A DNA stretch of 63,790 bases, filler included, from Guillardia theta CCMP2712 (Eukaryota; Protista; Cryptophyta), in NCBI RefSeq assembly GCF_000315625.1. It is 6 parts of 6 records of this genome, joined end to end, with 100 filler letters (N's around TTAATTAATTAA, not from the genome) between each part and the next. Parts side by side here need not be neighbours in the genome. Positions count along the whole stretch, not along the records: positions 62,032 to 63,790 come from NW_005434428.1; 5 more parts are not named here. One strand, 5' to 3'. A program made the translations under genes and the position numbers. Below the pieces are notes generated by a model. The model had not been told where the DNA came from. It did not search any database and saw only the letters and a program-made list of their open reading frames with translations. Below, piece by piece: positions 62,668-63,790 of the stretch (position 1 is the stretch's first letter; each line of letters begins with the position of its first letter).

Positions 62668-63451
62668 AAGCGGAAGGTGTACCTGCTTATCGACCGGCTC
62701 ATCTGCTTCTCCCTTGCTCCCGGGGAGGTTGCGTGCCCTGACATGCGGAACATGCGGAGGCTGCTTTCCTGTCTCCTTGAGGAGAAGGTGGTAGGGAAGG
62801 AGCGGGTGGTGAACTACTACCGCGCCGCCGTGCTGCCCGAGCACCTGCGCCAGGCACTGGAGGAGTGTGGCAGCGAGGTGAACTCGTTCATCCGGAGGGT
62901 GGTGCTGCGCTGGTTCAGGGACGTGAACAACAGCTCCCCGGTCTTCCGCCATCCCAACACCGCCTACATCGTGCGGAAGGCGCTGGGGTGGACGAAATGG
63001 GATAGCAGCGTGCGGGTGTGTATTAAACGTGATGGCAACGAATGGGATGGCGAGGAGGACGAAGATGCAACACTCGGGTGTGATGAGCTCGGGAGCCCCG
63101 GTGACGGCGCCTGACACCACCCTGGAGGTGTGCTGCGTGGTCATCGCCGATCCGCAGTATATGCCCGAAGCGCTGCACGAGGTGGAGCGGAGGGTGAGGG
63201 CGGAGGCGCTGGCGGAGGCGGAGGGAGTGCCCTGTGCCGCGCTGGAGGCCGGGAGCTGGAAGGAGTTTCGCGGGAGCGCGCTGGCCTGGGCCCGTGGGTA
63301 CCGTTCCTCTCCTCCCTCGGGCTGTGTCCTTCCGCAAAACCTTGGCGTGGTCTCCTTCGTGAGCGGCATGCTCTCGTACCGTGTGCCGCAGGTGGAGGCA
63401 AGGGAGCCCGAGACGGGGAGGAAGAGGAAGGATTACGAGGAGGAATGCTAG
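62668..63451 (+). CDS. Hypothetical protein lacking a clear start (abuts the repeat), in two frames (intron or frameshift near 63015-63090)
   Basis: Strong GC3 coding pattern in ORFs 62677-63114 and 63029-63451; AATAAA 8 bp after the stop. Confidence 0.55.
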
Positions 63452-63544
63452 TGTTTTCCAATAAAGTAAGGATGTTTCGTCTCCATCGCCTCCACCACCC
63501 CTTCTATGCATGTATATAAATCGCTTGCTTGCCTAGCACCCAAG

Positions 63545-63790
63545 ATGTCGGCCAGGATCCGCGTGCGTGCGAGGTTGTCGGGTGCGGCAGGGGGTGACGT
63601 GAAGGACGACATCTTGAACGTGAAGGGGGCGAAGATGCCCTTCGTCGGGGCGGTTCGCATCGTGTGCGAGAGGAAGGGCGTGGAGCACGACATCATTGAG
63701 CACGCGATGGCGTGGGTGGGCTGCCGGAACTCGTACTCGGCGGTGCCGCTGGGCGAGGGGCTGTTCGTCGTGTCGGGTGACCTGGCGGAG
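63545..63790 (+). CDS. Hypothetical protein (MSARIRVRARLSG...), runs off the window
   Basis: ATG ~25-30 bp after TATATAAA; open to the window end with GC3-rich codons. Confidence 0.6.
   Translation, partial: MSARIRVRARLSGAAGGDVKDDILNVKGAKMPFVGAVRIVCERKGVEHDIIEHAMAWVGCRNSYSAVPLGEGLFVVSGDLAE

Overview
Eukaryotic nuclear DNA, most likely a cryptophyte alga (Guillardia/Hanusia-like). This is inferred from ~45-55 nt GT-AG introns with CTGAC-type branch points, microsatellite-filled introns and TTTAGGG telomeric repeats. The window is six separate contigs joined by artificial N-TTAATTAATTAA-N linkers (1-14140, 14241-26153, 26254-42958, 43059-56241, 56342-61932, 62032-63790), so adjacency across linkers means nothing. 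Ordinary genes include an EamA/DMT transporter, a four-TM protein, a TPR protein, tepsin, PhoD phosphatase, a Cys-rich surface protein, an Asp-box protein, an ankyrin protein and a class V PLP lyase. Most notable: (1) contig 2 looks like a growing chromosome end. A tandemly duplicated Crinkler/RHS-type NTPase-nuclease cassette is punctuated by a TIR element, broken and capped by TTTAGGG tracts, then extended by two paralogous intronless ORF1-like units, each beginning with a short tandem duplication directly after a telomere tract. (2) An apparently circularly permuted, membrane-anchored pepsin-family protease. (3) An AT-rich virus-like island with iteron-like repeats. (4) A compact virus-like contig with a 332-bp palindrome-rich tandem repeat. 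All protein family calls come from motif recognition by eye, with no database searches.
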